Assembly (NCBI GenBank): GCA_947455145.1
Contig: CANGME010000011.1
Coordinates: 60,182-124,181, forward strand
DNA: 64,000 nt
From: Comamonadaceae bacterium
GTDB taxonomy: Bacteria; Pseudomonadota; Gammaproteobacteria; Burkholderiales; Burkholderiaceae_C
Reading direction: 5' to 3'
In this document: one piece after another, positions 45,226 to 54,388 of the stretch
Layout of the letters: each line of letters opens with the position of its first letter
Numbering within the stretch: the stretch's first letter is position 1
The notes under the pieces: generated by a model
Databases searched by the model: none
Told to the model about the DNA's origin: nothing
Seen by the model: only the letters and a program-made list of their open reading frames with translations
Program-made: the position numbers and the translations under genes

Positions 45226-46152
45226 ATGACAAACAGCATTGGATGGATAGGTTTGGGTCGCATGGGTGAGGCCATGGTGAAACGCTTGCTCAAGGCCGGG
45301 CACCCGGTGAGCGTGTGGAACCGCACGGCCTCCAAGGCCGAGCCTTTGAAGGAATACGGCGCGAGCATCGCCGCCAGCAAACTCGACTTGGCGAGCTGCC
45401 ACGCCGTGTTCACCATGGTGTCCACCACTGACGACTTGAAAGAAGTGTTGTTTGGTGCGGGTGGTTTGGTCACGGGCAAGACCTTGCCCAAGGTGGTCGT
45501 CGATAGCTCATCCATCTCGCAAGAAGGATCGACAGAAATTCGCGCGCAGCTCGAAGCCATGGGCGTGGCCTACTTGTGCACCCCTGTCTCGGGCAATGCC
45601 AAGGTGGCCAAGGCAGGTAAGCTGCTCATGGTGTCATCTGGCCCGAAAGATTTGTACACCTCGGTCGAGCCCTACTTGCAGGCCATGGCCCGCAAAGTGA
45701 TGTGGGTGGGCGAGGGCGAGTTGGCGCGGGTCTGGAAGATCGCGCACAACACCATGTTTGGCGTCATCATCCAAAACCTGTGCGAGATCACCGTGCTGGC
45801 CGAAAAAGCGGGCATCCCGCGCCATGTATTTTTGGAGAGCATCAACGACTCGGTGCTGGGCTCCATGTACACGCGCTATAAAACCCCGGTGCTCACCAAC
45901 TTGACGTTTGAGAACGTCACCTTCACACCTAAGCTCTTGCTCAAGGACATGGACCTAGGCATGGCCGCCGCCAAGACTTATGGCGTGCCCATGCCTGCCG
46001 CAGCAGCTACGCGTGAGAGCGTGGCGCGCATGGTGGGCCACGGTCATGACGACGTTGATTTCGCCATCCTCTTGCAAGAAACCGCTGCCGATGCGGGCTT
46101 GAAGCTGGTGTCCGAAAACAAGGTCATCGACGACGGCTTGCAGTCGCAATAA
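45226..46152 (+). CDS. NAD(P)-dependent 3-hydroxyisobutyrate/6-phosphogluconate dehydrogenase-family oxidoreductase
   Basis: Trimmed to MTNSIGWIGLGRMGEAM (Rossmann GxGxMG). Confidence 0.8.
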   Translation: MTNSIGWIGLGRMGEAMVKRLLKAGHPVSVWNRTASKAEPLKEYGASIAASKLDLASCHAVFTMVSTTDDLKEVLFGAGGLVTGKTLPKVVVDSSSISQEGSTEIRAQLEAMGVAYLCTPVSGNAKVAKAGKLLMVSSGPKDLYTSVEPYLQAMARKVMWVGEGELARVWKIAHNTMFGVIIQNLCEITVLAEKAGIPRHVFLESINDSVLGSMYTRYKTPVLTNLTFENVTFTPKLLLKDMDLGMAAAKTYGVPMPAAAATRESVARMVGHGHDDVDFAILLQETAADAGLKLVSENKVIDDGLQSQ

Positions 46153-46156
46153 AACT

Positions 46157-47506
46157 ATGACCCGTACCCTCATTCGCGGCGCCAGCGTTATCACCATGGA
46201 CGCGCAGGGCGACCTGCCTTGCGCCGATGTGCTGGTCACCGGCGACACCATCACCGCCATTGCACCCAACTTGCAGGTGGACGACGCGCAGGTGGTGGAG
46301 GGCGCTGGCTGCATCCTCATCCCCGGCCTCATCAACGCCCACATGCACACTTGGCAGACCGCGCTGCGGGGCGTGGCGGCCAACTGGACGCTGCTGGAGT
46401 ACTTCAAGAACATGCACGCCGGGCTGGCCACCGTGTTCGAGCCGCAAGACCTGCACATCGCCACCCTGATGGGCGCGCTCAATCAGATCAACTGCGGCAC
46501 CACCACGCTGGCAGATTGGTGCCACAACAACCGCACGCCCGAGCACAACGACGCGGCGATTAATGGCTTGCTGGAATCCGGCATCCGTGCCGAGTTTTTT
46601 CATGGCACGCCCAAGCCCGACCCCAAGCCGGGTGAGCGACCGTTCTGGGAAGTGCCGCATCCGCGTGCCGAGATCGAGCGCTTGCTGGCTAAACACCAAG
46701 GCGCTGAGCTGCTGCGCGTGCACGCCGCCGTGCTGGGCCCGCATTACTCGACGCTGGATGTCGCTCTGCACGATTTCCGCATGGCCAAAGAGCTGGGCAT
46801 CATCGCCTCGCTGCACCAAGGTGGCGGGCCAGCGCGCACGCCCGAGGGCTGGGAGGCGCTGGAGGCCGAAGGTCTGCTAGGGCCGCACGTCAACATCGTG
46901 CATGGCCATGCTTTGACTGACGCGCAGCTTAAGCGATTTTGCGGCTTAGGTATGAGCTTTTCTGCCGCCGCTGAGAGCGAAATGTCGCAAGGCCACGGCC
47001 ACCCCATCACTGGTCGCTTGCTGGCCCTGGGCCATGCGCCCTCATTGGGCGTGGACCTGGAAAGCGTGATGAGCGGCGACATGCTGAGCCAGGCGCGCAT
47101 TGCCCTGGGCATCCAGCGCAGCCTGGACAACGTGGCGCACCGCGAGGCGCATGGCAGCATCCCGTCCACTTCCACGGTCACCACACGACAAGCCTTGTCT
47201 TGGGTCACCATCGAGGGCGCGAAGATGCTGGGCCAGCAACACCGCATCGGCTCGCTGGCGGTGGGCAAGCAGGCCGACATGGTGCTGATCCGCGCGAGCG
47301 ACCTCAACATGCAGCCCGTGCATGACGCGGTCAGCAGCGTGGTGATGCAGACCTCGCTGGCCAATATCGACAGCGTGATGGTGGCCGGGCGTTGGAAGAA
47401 ACGCCACGGGCAAATGTTGGGTGTGGACTTGGCCCCCAAGCTGGTGGCCTTGCAGGCCTCGGGTACCAAGATCACACGCGCACTGGGTTTGTCAAATTCA
47501 ATATGA
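46157..47506 (+). CDS. Amidohydrolase-superfamily protein (ATZ/TRZ / deaminase-like)
   Basis: 449 aa. PGLINAHMH metal-binding motif. Chlorohydrolase/deaminase-like layout. Confidence 0.75.
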   Translation: MTRTLIRGASVITMDAQGDLPCADVLVTGDTITAIAPNLQVDDAQVVEGAGCILIPGLINAHMHTWQTALRGVAANWTLLEYFKNMHAGLATVFEPQDLHIATLMGALNQINCGTTTLADWCHNNRTPEHNDAAINGLLESGIRAEFFHGTPKPDPKPGERPFWEVPHPRAEIERLLAKHQGAELLRVHAAVLGPHYSTLDVALHDFRMAKELGIIASLHQGGGPARTPEGWEALEAEGLLGPHVNIVHGHALTDAQLKRFCGLGMSFSAAAESEMSQGHGHPITGRLLALGHAPSLGVDLESVMSGDMLSQARIALGIQRSLDNVAHREAHGSIPSTSTVTTRQALSWVTIEGAKMLGQQHRIGSLAVGKQADMVLIRASDLNMQPVHDAVSSVVMQTSLANIDSVMVAGRWKKRHGQMLGVDLAPKLVALQASGTKITRALGLSNSI

Positions 47507-47517
47507 GGAAAACAATC

Positions 47518-48471
47518 ATGAAACGCTATTTACTGTCTGCCGCTTTGCTCGTATCTGGTGCAGTCCTGGCCCAAGGCTACCCCAGCAAGCCCATCAAGTT
47601 TATTGTGCCCTTCAGCGCGGGCAGCGCCACCGACATCGTGGCCCGCACCGTGGGCGACGCCATGGGCAAGAGCATGGGCCAGCCCATCGTGATCGAGAAC
47701 AAGCTCGGCGCGGGCGGCACCATTGCCGCAGCCCTGGTGGCGCGCAGTGAGCCCGATGGCTACACGCTCTTGGTGCACTCATCCGGCCACGCGCTGAACC
47801 CCGCGCTCTACCCCAATCCCGGCTACGACACGCTCAAAGACCTCACCGGCATCACCACCCTGGCCGCCGTGCCCAATGTGCTGGTGGTCAACCCAGCAAA
47901 GGGCTGGAAGACGCAGGCCGACTTGGTGGCTGCGGTCAAAGCCAAGCCCGGCACCTTCAACTACGCCTCAGCCGGTGTGGGCAGCGGCACGCACATGAAC
48001 GCCGAAATCTTCCGTATGCAGACGGGCATCGATGCGTTGCACGTGCCCTACAAAGGCACGCCAGATGCGATGAGCAACGTCATCGGCGGCTCCAACGACT
48101 GGTTCTTTGCACCGCTGGCCTCGGCCCTGCCGCTCATCAAAGACGGCAAACTGCAAGCGCTCTCGGTCAGCACCAAGGCCCGCGCAGCCACCTTGCCCCA
48201 AGTGCCCACCAGCATCGAGGCCGGTGTGCCGGGCTCGGACTACACCCTGTGGGTCGGCATGATCGCGCCCAGCGCCACGCCACCCGCCCTCATTAAAAAG
48301 CTGCATGACGAGGCGCTCAAAGCGCTGGCCAGTCCCGAGATCAAAGAGCGTTTGGCCAAGCTCGGGGCTGACCCTTTCCCCATGAGCCCTGAGGCTTTTA
48401 ACGCCTACATCAAGACCGAGATGGACACGGCCGCGCGCATCGCAAAAGCGGCCAACCTCAAAGCCCAATGA
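47518..48471 (+). CDS. Bug/TctC-family solute-binding protein
   Basis: Trimmed to MKRYLLSAALLVSGAVLAQG (GAGGA RBS 7 nt upstream). YPSKPIKFIVPFSAGSATD, HVPYKGTPDAMSNVIGG. Confidence 0.9.
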   Translation: MKRYLLSAALLVSGAVLAQGYPSKPIKFIVPFSAGSATDIVARTVGDAMGKSMGQPIVIENKLGAGGTIAAALVARSEPDGYTLLVHSSGHALNPALYPNPGYDTLKDLTGITTLAAVPNVLVVNPAKGWKTQADLVAAVKAKPGTFNYASAGVGSGTHMNAEIFRMQTGIDALHVPYKGTPDAMSNVIGGSNDWFFAPLASALPLIKDGKLQALSVSTKARAATLPQVPTSIEAGVPGSDYTLWVGMIAPSATPPALIKKLHDEALKALASPEIKERLAKLGADPFPMSPEAFNAYIKTEMDTAARIAKAANLKAQ

Positions 48472-49361
48472 GTTCACACATTCATTTCATGGGCATGGGC
48501 AAAATGGGTCTGCCCATGGCCACGCACCTTAAGGCTGCAGGCCACGCCATCAGCGTGAGCGACCCCAGCACGGCGCGTCAGTTGCTTGCCTATGAGCGCG
48601 GCCTGTCGGTTGCAGATGATTTAAGCGCCGTGAGCGCCGAGTTGGCCGCCGCCGACTTTATTTTTTCGTCCTTGCCCGATGACGCTGCCTTGTTGGAGGT
48701 GGCCGCGCAAGTAGTGGACACCGCGCGGCGTGGTGCGATCTTTATCGACACCAGCACCGTGTCGCCCACCGTCTCTAGCCAGGTGGCCGACCAATGCCAT
48801 GAAGCGGGCATCGAGTACCTGCGCTGCACCGTATCCGGCAACAACCACATGGCCGAAGTTGCGCAGCTCACCGTCATGGCCTCTGGCCCGCGTTTGGCCT
48901 ATGACGCCGCGCTGCCGCTCTTGAAATGCCTGGGCGTGAACCAGTTTTACCTGGGTGACGCGGAGCAAGCCCGCTTGATGAAGCTCGTCGTCAACCTGAT
49001 GATCGCGCAGACCAGCGCGATGCTGGCCGAGGGTCTCACACTGGGCCGCGCAGGTGGCTTGGACTGGCACGACATGTGGGCCGTGCTGAGCGCCAGCGCC
49101 GTGGCCTCGCCCATCGTCAAGGCCAAAGGCGTGCAGTTGGCCGAGCGCGACTTCACCCCCACCTTCACCGTGCCACAGATGCTCAAAGACCTGGACTTGA
49201 TCACCGCTGCAGCAGCCAGTCACCACGTCGCCCTGCCGCAAACCGCGCTGACGCAGCAACTCATGCACACCGCCATTGCACAAGGCGATGCGGCTCTGGA
49301 CTACGCCGCCATTATTCGTGCGGTGGAGCGTAGCGCGGGCGTAGCAACGGATTTCCTATGA
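48468..49361 (+). CDS. NAD(P)-dependent 3-hydroxyisobutyrate dehydrogenase-family oxidoreductase
   Basis: 297 aa. IHFMGMGKMGLPMA Rossmann motif. ATGA overlap with the upstream gene. Confidence 0.8.
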   Translation: MSSHIHFMGMGKMGLPMATHLKAAGHAISVSDPSTARQLLAYERGLSVADDLSAVSAELAAADFIFSSLPDDAALLEVAAQVVDTARRGAIFIDTSTVSPTVSSQVADQCHEAGIEYLRCTVSGNNHMAEVAQLTVMASGPRLAYDAALPLLKCLGVNQFYLGDAEQARLMKLVVNLMIAQTSAMLAEGLTLGRAGGLDWHDMWAVLSASAVASPIVKAKGVQLAERDFTPTFTVPQMLKDLDLITAAAASHHVALPQTALTQQLMHTAIAQGDAALDYAAIIRAVERSAGVATDFL

Positions 49362-50452
49362 CTGACACTCTCAAAAACTTTGTGTACCACGGCCAAGCAG
49401 GTCGTGTCGTGTTTGGCCAGGGCGCGCTGCAGCACTTGGGCCGCGAGATCGAGCTGATGGGTGCCAAGCGCGCCCTGGTGCTCTCCACACCCGAGCAAGC
49501 CGACCAAGCGCAGCGCATTGCCGACCTGCTCGGCCCCCGTGCCGCAGGCATCTTCCCGCGTGCGGTCATGCATGTGCCGATTGAGACGGCGCGTGAGGCG
49601 CGCGAGCTGGCGCACAAGCTGGGCGCGGACTGCGCCGTGGCTATCGGCGGCGGCTCCACCACTGGTTTGGGCAAAGCCATCGCGCTCGACTCTGGCCTGC
49701 CCATCCTCGCCATCCCCACCACTTACGCAGGCTCGGAAATGACGACGATTTACGGCATCACCGAAGCGGGGATGAAGAAGACCGGTAAAGACCCGCGCAT
49801 CCTGCCGCGCACAGTCATCTATGACCCCGAACTCACACTCACCTTGCCCGTGGGCCTGAGTGTGACCAGCGGCATCAACGCCATCGCCCACGCGGCCGAA
49901 GGCCTGTACGCGGTGGACAGCAACCCCATCATGGATTTGATGGCCGTCGAAGGCATCAGCGCACTCGGTCGTGCACTGCCAGTCATCCACACCGATGCCA
50001 CCAACCTCCAAGCCCGAAGCGACGCCCTCTACGGTGCCTGGCTGTGCGGCATCGTGCTGGGCAATGCGGGCATGGCGCTGCACCACAAGCTGTGCCACAC
50101 CCTGGGCGGCAGCTTCAACCTGCCGCACGCCGAAACCCACACCGTGGTGCTGCCGCACGCGCTGGCCTACAACGCCGCCGCAGCGCCCCACGCCATGCAG
50201 CGCATCGCCAAGGCCTTGGGCGTTGATTCATCGGCCAACAGCACGACGATAAGCGCCGCGCAAGCCGTTTATGCTTTGGCCAAAAATAACGGCGCTCCAG
50301 TGGCGCTCAAAGACCTCGGCATGAAAGCCGAAGACCTGGACAAAGCCTGCGACATTGCAATGCAAAACCAATACGCCAATCCTCGCCCGCTGGAGCGTGT
50401 GGCTTTGCGTCAGTTGTTCCAAAATGCGTTTGATGGCGTGATGCCAAACTAA
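49358..50452 (+). CDS. Maleylacetate reductase (Fe-ADH family)
   Basis: 364 aa. N-terminus FVYHGQAGRVVFGQGALQHLGREI and IGGGSTTGLGKAIA are typical of maleylacetate reductases. Adjacent to an intradiol dioxygenase. Confidence 0.85.
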   Translation: MTDTLKNFVYHGQAGRVVFGQGALQHLGREIELMGAKRALVLSTPEQADQAQRIADLLGPRAAGIFPRAVMHVPIETAREARELAHKLGADCAVAIGGGSTTGLGKAIALDSGLPILAIPTTYAGSEMTTIYGITEAGMKKTGKDPRILPRTVIYDPELTLTLPVGLSVTSGINAIAHAAEGLYAVDSNPIMDLMAVEGISALGRALPVIHTDATNLQARSDALYGAWLCGIVLGNAGMALHHKLCHTLGGSFNLPHAETHTVVLPHALAYNAAAAPHAMQRIAKALGVDSSANSTTISAAQAVYALAKNNGAPVALKDLGMKAEDLDKACDIAMQNQYANPRPLERVALRQLFQNAFDGVMPN

Positions 50453-50478
50453 ACAGAAACCTCACCAGGAGACACAAC

Positions 50479-51369
50479 ATGCAACTCGAAGCCCAAGACC
50501 TCGCCCAAGCCGTCATCGCCCGCATGGCTGACTGCAAAGAACCTCGCCTCAAAGAAGTGATGACCTCGCTCATCAAACACGCCCACGCCTTTGTGCAAGA
50601 CGTGCAGCTCACACCCGATGAGTGGATGGCTGGCATCCAGTTCCTCACAGCAGCTGGCCAGATGTGCGATGAGAAACGTCAAGAGTTCATCTTGCTGTCG
50701 GACACCCTGGGCATCTCCATGCTGGTGGTCGCCATCGAGCAGGCCAAGGCCGCTGCGGCCTTCAAACCCGAGGCCGGTGCAGACCGCCCCACCGAGGCCA
50801 CCGTGCTCGGCCCCTTCTTCTGGGAAGGAGCGCCTGAGTTGGCCTTAGGTTCAGACCTCAGCATTGGTCAACCTGGTGAGCCCACCTACTACCATGGCCG
50901 CGTGACTGACACCGTGGGCAAACCCATTGCCAACTGCCAGCTCGATGTCTGGTCGGGTGACGCCGAAGGCTTTTACGACTTGCAAAAAGGCCCGGATGCG
51001 CCCATGGCCTTGCGTGCACGCTTTCATACCGATGCTGATGGTTACTACCGCTTTTGGTCCATCCGCCCCACGTTTTACCCCGTGCCCAACGACGGCCCGG
51101 TGGGAAATATGCTGCACCGCCTGGGGCGTCACCCCAACCGCCCCGGCCACATGCACACCTGGCTCCAATCGCCGAATCACGAGAGCCTGATCACCCACCT
51201 GTTCGTGTCCGACAGCCCCTACATTGATTCCGACGTAGTGTTCGGTGTGCGCAACAGCTTGGTCGTTGACTTCGCCAAGCACGCGCCGGGTGTTGCGCCC
51301 GACGGTCGAGTGATGGACAAGACGTATCACACCTGCCATTACGACTTCAAGCTCGTTCCGAAAGCCTGA
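50479..51369 (+). CDS. Hydroxyquinol 1,2-dioxygenase (intradiol dioxygenase)
   Basis: 296 aa. LGPFF, YYHGRVTD, DVWSGDAEGFYD, RPGHMH motifs of intradiol ring-cleavage enzymes. Confidence 0.85.
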   Translation: MQLEAQDLAQAVIARMADCKEPRLKEVMTSLIKHAHAFVQDVQLTPDEWMAGIQFLTAAGQMCDEKRQEFILLSDTLGISMLVVAIEQAKAAAAFKPEAGADRPTEATVLGPFFWEGAPELALGSDLSIGQPGEPTYYHGRVTDTVGKPIANCQLDVWSGDAEGFYDLQKGPDAPMALRARFHTDADGYYRFWSIRPTFYPVPNDGPVGNMLHRLGRHPNRPGHMHTWLQSPNHESLITHLFVSDSPYIDSDVVFGVRNSLVVDFAKHAPGVAPDGRVMDKTYHTCHYDFKLVPKA

Positions 51370-51377
51370 AAGAAATT

Positions 51378-52187
51378 ATGAAAATCGGCAAAGCCACCGC
51401 CCCCCATACCGCTATCTGCACGTCCAACGAACACACCATCGTCGTTCGTGGGGCCGATCTGGCGCAGGACTTGATTGGTCACATCAACTTTGGTGACTAC
51501 TTCTTTTTGTTGGTCACGGGCCGTCGTGCGGACGCGGCCACCAGTGCCGTGCTCAACTCCACATTGGTGGCTATTGCAGAGCACGGCCTGGTGCCCAGTG
51601 TGCAGGCCGCGCGCATGACGCTGGCGGCTGCGCCCGATGCAATGCAGGGCGCAGTGGCGGCGGGTTTGTTGGGTTCGGGCTCGGTCATCTTGGGCGCATC
51701 AGAAACCGCAGGGCGTTTGTTCCTTGAGGTAGAAGCTGAAGCTAAAAACCACGGTGGTGATTTGAAGGCTGCGGCCCGTGTGGTGGTGGCTGCGCGCCGC
51801 GCCAACCGCTTGCCTATCGCGGGGTATGGCCACCCCGAGCACAAGTCACGCGACCCGCGTGTGGACGCGCTGTTCAAAGTGTCGAGAGAGGCAGGCGGTG
51901 GCCAGCGCTATGTGGAGATTGCCACCATCATTGAATCCGTCATCCCCGAGATCGTGGGCAAAGACCTCAAGCTCAATGTCTCTGCGGCCATTCCTGCGGT
52001 TCTCTTGGGCGTGGGCTTCCCCGTGAATGCGCTCAAAGGTGTGCCCATGTTGGCGCGCACCGCCAGCCTGATTGCGCATCTGAACGAAGAGCTCACCGAC
52101 CCGATTGGTTTTGGTCTGTCTTACCAAGCCACGCGTGAGCAGACTTACACCGGCGAGCTGCCTGCAGGCTTTACGCCCAAAGCTTAA
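51378..52187 (+). CDS. Citrate-synthase-superfamily citryl-CoA lyase-like protein
   Basis: 269 aa. ICTSNEHTIVVRGADL...DYFFLLVTGR and GYGHPEHKSRDPR resemble short citryl-CoA lyase-type proteins. Confidence 0.65.
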   Translation: MKIGKATAPHTAICTSNEHTIVVRGADLAQDLIGHINFGDYFFLLVTGRRADAATSAVLNSTLVAIAEHGLVPSVQAARMTLAAAPDAMQGAVAAGLLGSGSVILGASETAGRLFLEVEAEAKNHGGDLKAAARVVVAARRANRLPIAGYGHPEHKSRDPRVDALFKVSREAGGGQRYVEIATIIESVIPEIVGKDLKLNVSAAIPAVLLGVGFPVNALKGVPMLARTASLIAHLNEELTDPIGFGLSYQATREQTYTGELPAGFTPKA

Positions 52188-52201
52188 GGATCACCCAAGC
52201 C

Positions 52202-53356
52202 ATGGCCCAAGTTCTCAAAGACGTGCGCGTGGTAGAGCACGGCACCTTCATCACCGGCCCGGCGGCGTCCATGCTGCTGGCCGACTTGGGGGCGGACGTG
52301 GTGAAGGTGGAATTGCCCGAGACGGGTGACCCGTTTCGTGCTTTTAAGGGTGGCCTGTACAGCCCACATTTCCAAACCTACAACCGCAATAAGCGCAGCA
52401 TCACGCTCAACACCAAGCAAGCCAAAGACCTGGAAGCGTTTGATGAGCTCATTCGTGGTGCCGATGTTTACATCCAGAACTTTCGCCCCGGCGTGGCCGA
52501 GCAAATCGGTGCGGGTGAAGAGCGGTTGCGCAAGCTCAACCCCAAGCTAATTTACTGCGCCATCAGCGGTTTTGGTCCCGATGGCCCTTACGCGCAACGC
52601 CCCAGCTACGACACGGTGGCCCAAGCGGCCAGCGCCTTTCTGGGCCTGCTGGTGAACCCAGACAACCCCCGCGTCACCGGCCCGGCGCTGGCCGATTCTT
52701 TGACTGGTTTTTACGCCGCCTACGGCATCCTGGGTGCGCTTCATGAGCGCCACAGCACCGGCGTGGGCCGCAAGGTCGAGGTGTCTATGTTGGAGGCCAT
52801 GACGCACTTCAACCTCGATGCGTTCACACATCTGTTTTCTGCCAACGAGGTCATGGGGCCGTTCAGCCGCCCTAGCGTATCGCAGTCCTATGTGCTCAAG
52901 TGCGCGGACGACAAGTGGATTGCGCTGCACATGTCCTCGCCGCCAAAGTTTTGGCAAGGCCTGGCCACGGCGATGGAGCGCAGCGATATTTTTGAAGACC
53001 CGCGATTCGCCACGCGCGAAGGCCGCATTGAGAATCAAGAAGCACTGATGCACGTGCTGGGCGGCATCTTCTGCGGGCGCACGCGCGCCGATTGGTGTGC
53101 GCGCCTGCTGGCCCAAGACGTGCCGCATTCGCCTATGTACACCACGGCTGAAGTGCCTAACGATCCGCAGGCGCAGCACCTGCAATTGTTTGTGGAGACG
53201 CAGCACCCCACCATGGGCAACTTTCGCACCGTGCGCTCACCGGTGTCGTTTGATGGCGAACGCGCCTTGCAGGTCACGGCACCGCCGGTACTGGGTGAGC
53301 ACAATGCAGTTTTTAAAGCGGGTTGGCCGTCAACTGAGGAAACACCTTCATCATGA
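52202..53356 (+). CDS. Family III (CaiB/BaiF) CoA-transferase
   Basis: 384 aa. Typical N-terminus LKDVRVVEHGTFITGPAASMLLADLGADVVKVE, and NFRPGV. Confidence 0.88.
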   Translation: MAQVLKDVRVVEHGTFITGPAASMLLADLGADVVKVELPETGDPFRAFKGGLYSPHFQTYNRNKRSITLNTKQAKDLEAFDELIRGADVYIQNFRPGVAEQIGAGEERLRKLNPKLIYCAISGFGPDGPYAQRPSYDTVAQAASAFLGLLVNPDNPRVTGPALADSLTGFYAAYGILGALHERHSTGVGRKVEVSMLEAMTHFNLDAFTHLFSANEVMGPFSRPSVSQSYVLKCADDKWIALHMSSPPKFWQGLATAMERSDIFEDPRFATREGRIENQEALMHVLGGIFCGRTRADWCARLLAQDVPHSPMYTTAEVPNDPQAQHLQLFVETQHPTMGNFRTVRSPVSFDGERALQVTAPPVLGEHNAVFKAGWPSTEETPSS

Positions 53357-54336
53357 ACATTCTCTCTTTGATTTCATGGGCCACCCGGCGCACCGGCATG
53401 GTGCTGATGGCGCTGTTGTCCGCTGTAGCGCTGGCGCAAGATTTTCCGAATCGACCCGTCAAACTGGTCGTGCCTTTCGGGCCGGGCGCCACCACCGACA
53501 TTGTTTCGCGCGGCATTGCCGAGGGGCTTGCCAAGACCTTGGGCCAGCCTGTGGTGGTGGAAAACCGAGCCGGTGCGGGCGGCAATATCGGCTCGGACGT
53601 GGTGGCCAAAGGCGCGGCCGATGGCTACACCATTTTGATGGGTACGGTGGGCACGCACGCCATCAACGCCACGCTGTACAAAAAAGTGGCCTTCGATGCG
53701 CAAAAAGATTTCGCACCCTTGGCCTTTGCAGGCTACACACCCACGCTGTTGGTGGTGGCTGCCAACTCGCCATTGAAATCGCTCAAGGACATTGCGACTC
53801 AAGCGGCTCGCCCTGAGGGCATCAGCTTTGCGTCCTCGGGCAACGGCACTTCGGGTCATCTGGCGGGTGAGATGCTCAAAGCCAAATTAGGCGGCAACAT
53901 GGTGCACGTGCCCTACAAAGAGGGTGGCTTGGCCTTGTCCGACGTGATCTCGGGCCAGGTGCCGTTTATGTTTTACCACCCTGCGGCGGTGATGCAGCAC
54001 ATCAAAGCGGGCAAGCTGCGCGCCCTAGGTGCTTCAGGCATTCAGCGCAGCGCCGCCGCACCTGATGTGCCCACCATTGCCGAGCAGGGCTACCCCGACT
54101 TTGATCTGGTGGCTTGGTTCATGTTGTACGCGCCCGTTAACACGCCCGCACCGGTGTTGGCTCGTCTGCGCGAGGCCGCCAGCCTAGCCATGGCCAGCAC
54201 CGAGGTCGGTGCCAAGCTGGCCACGCAAGGCGTAGAGTTGCGTGGCATGACGACTGAGGAGCAGATTGCATTTGGTCGGACTGAGACCGCCAAATGGGCC
54301 GACCTGGTCAAGCGCTCCGGCGCACAGGTGGACTGA
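53353..54336 (+). CDS. Bug/TctC-family solute-binding protein
   Basis: 327 aa. FPNRPVKLVVPFGPGATTD, HVPYKEGGLALSDVISGQVPFMF. ATGA overlap with the upstream gene. Confidence 0.9.
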   Translation: MNILSLISWATRRTGMVLMALLSAVALAQDFPNRPVKLVVPFGPGATTDIVSRGIAEGLAKTLGQPVVVENRAGAGGNIGSDVVAKGAADGYTILMGTVGTHAINATLYKKVAFDAQKDFAPLAFAGYTPTLLVVAANSPLKSLKDIATQAARPEGISFASSGNGTSGHLAGEMLKAKLGGNMVHVPYKEGGLALSDVISGQVPFMFYHPAAVMQHIKAGKLRALGASGIQRSAAAPDVPTIAEQGYPDFDLVAWFMLYAPVNTPAPVLARLREAASLAMASTEVGAKLATQGVELRGMTTEEQIAFGRTETAKWADLVKRSGAQVD

Positions 54337-54388
54337 TAAGCAGACAGATTTTTTGACCGCAATGATTCAGTAACCAGGAGACAAAACC

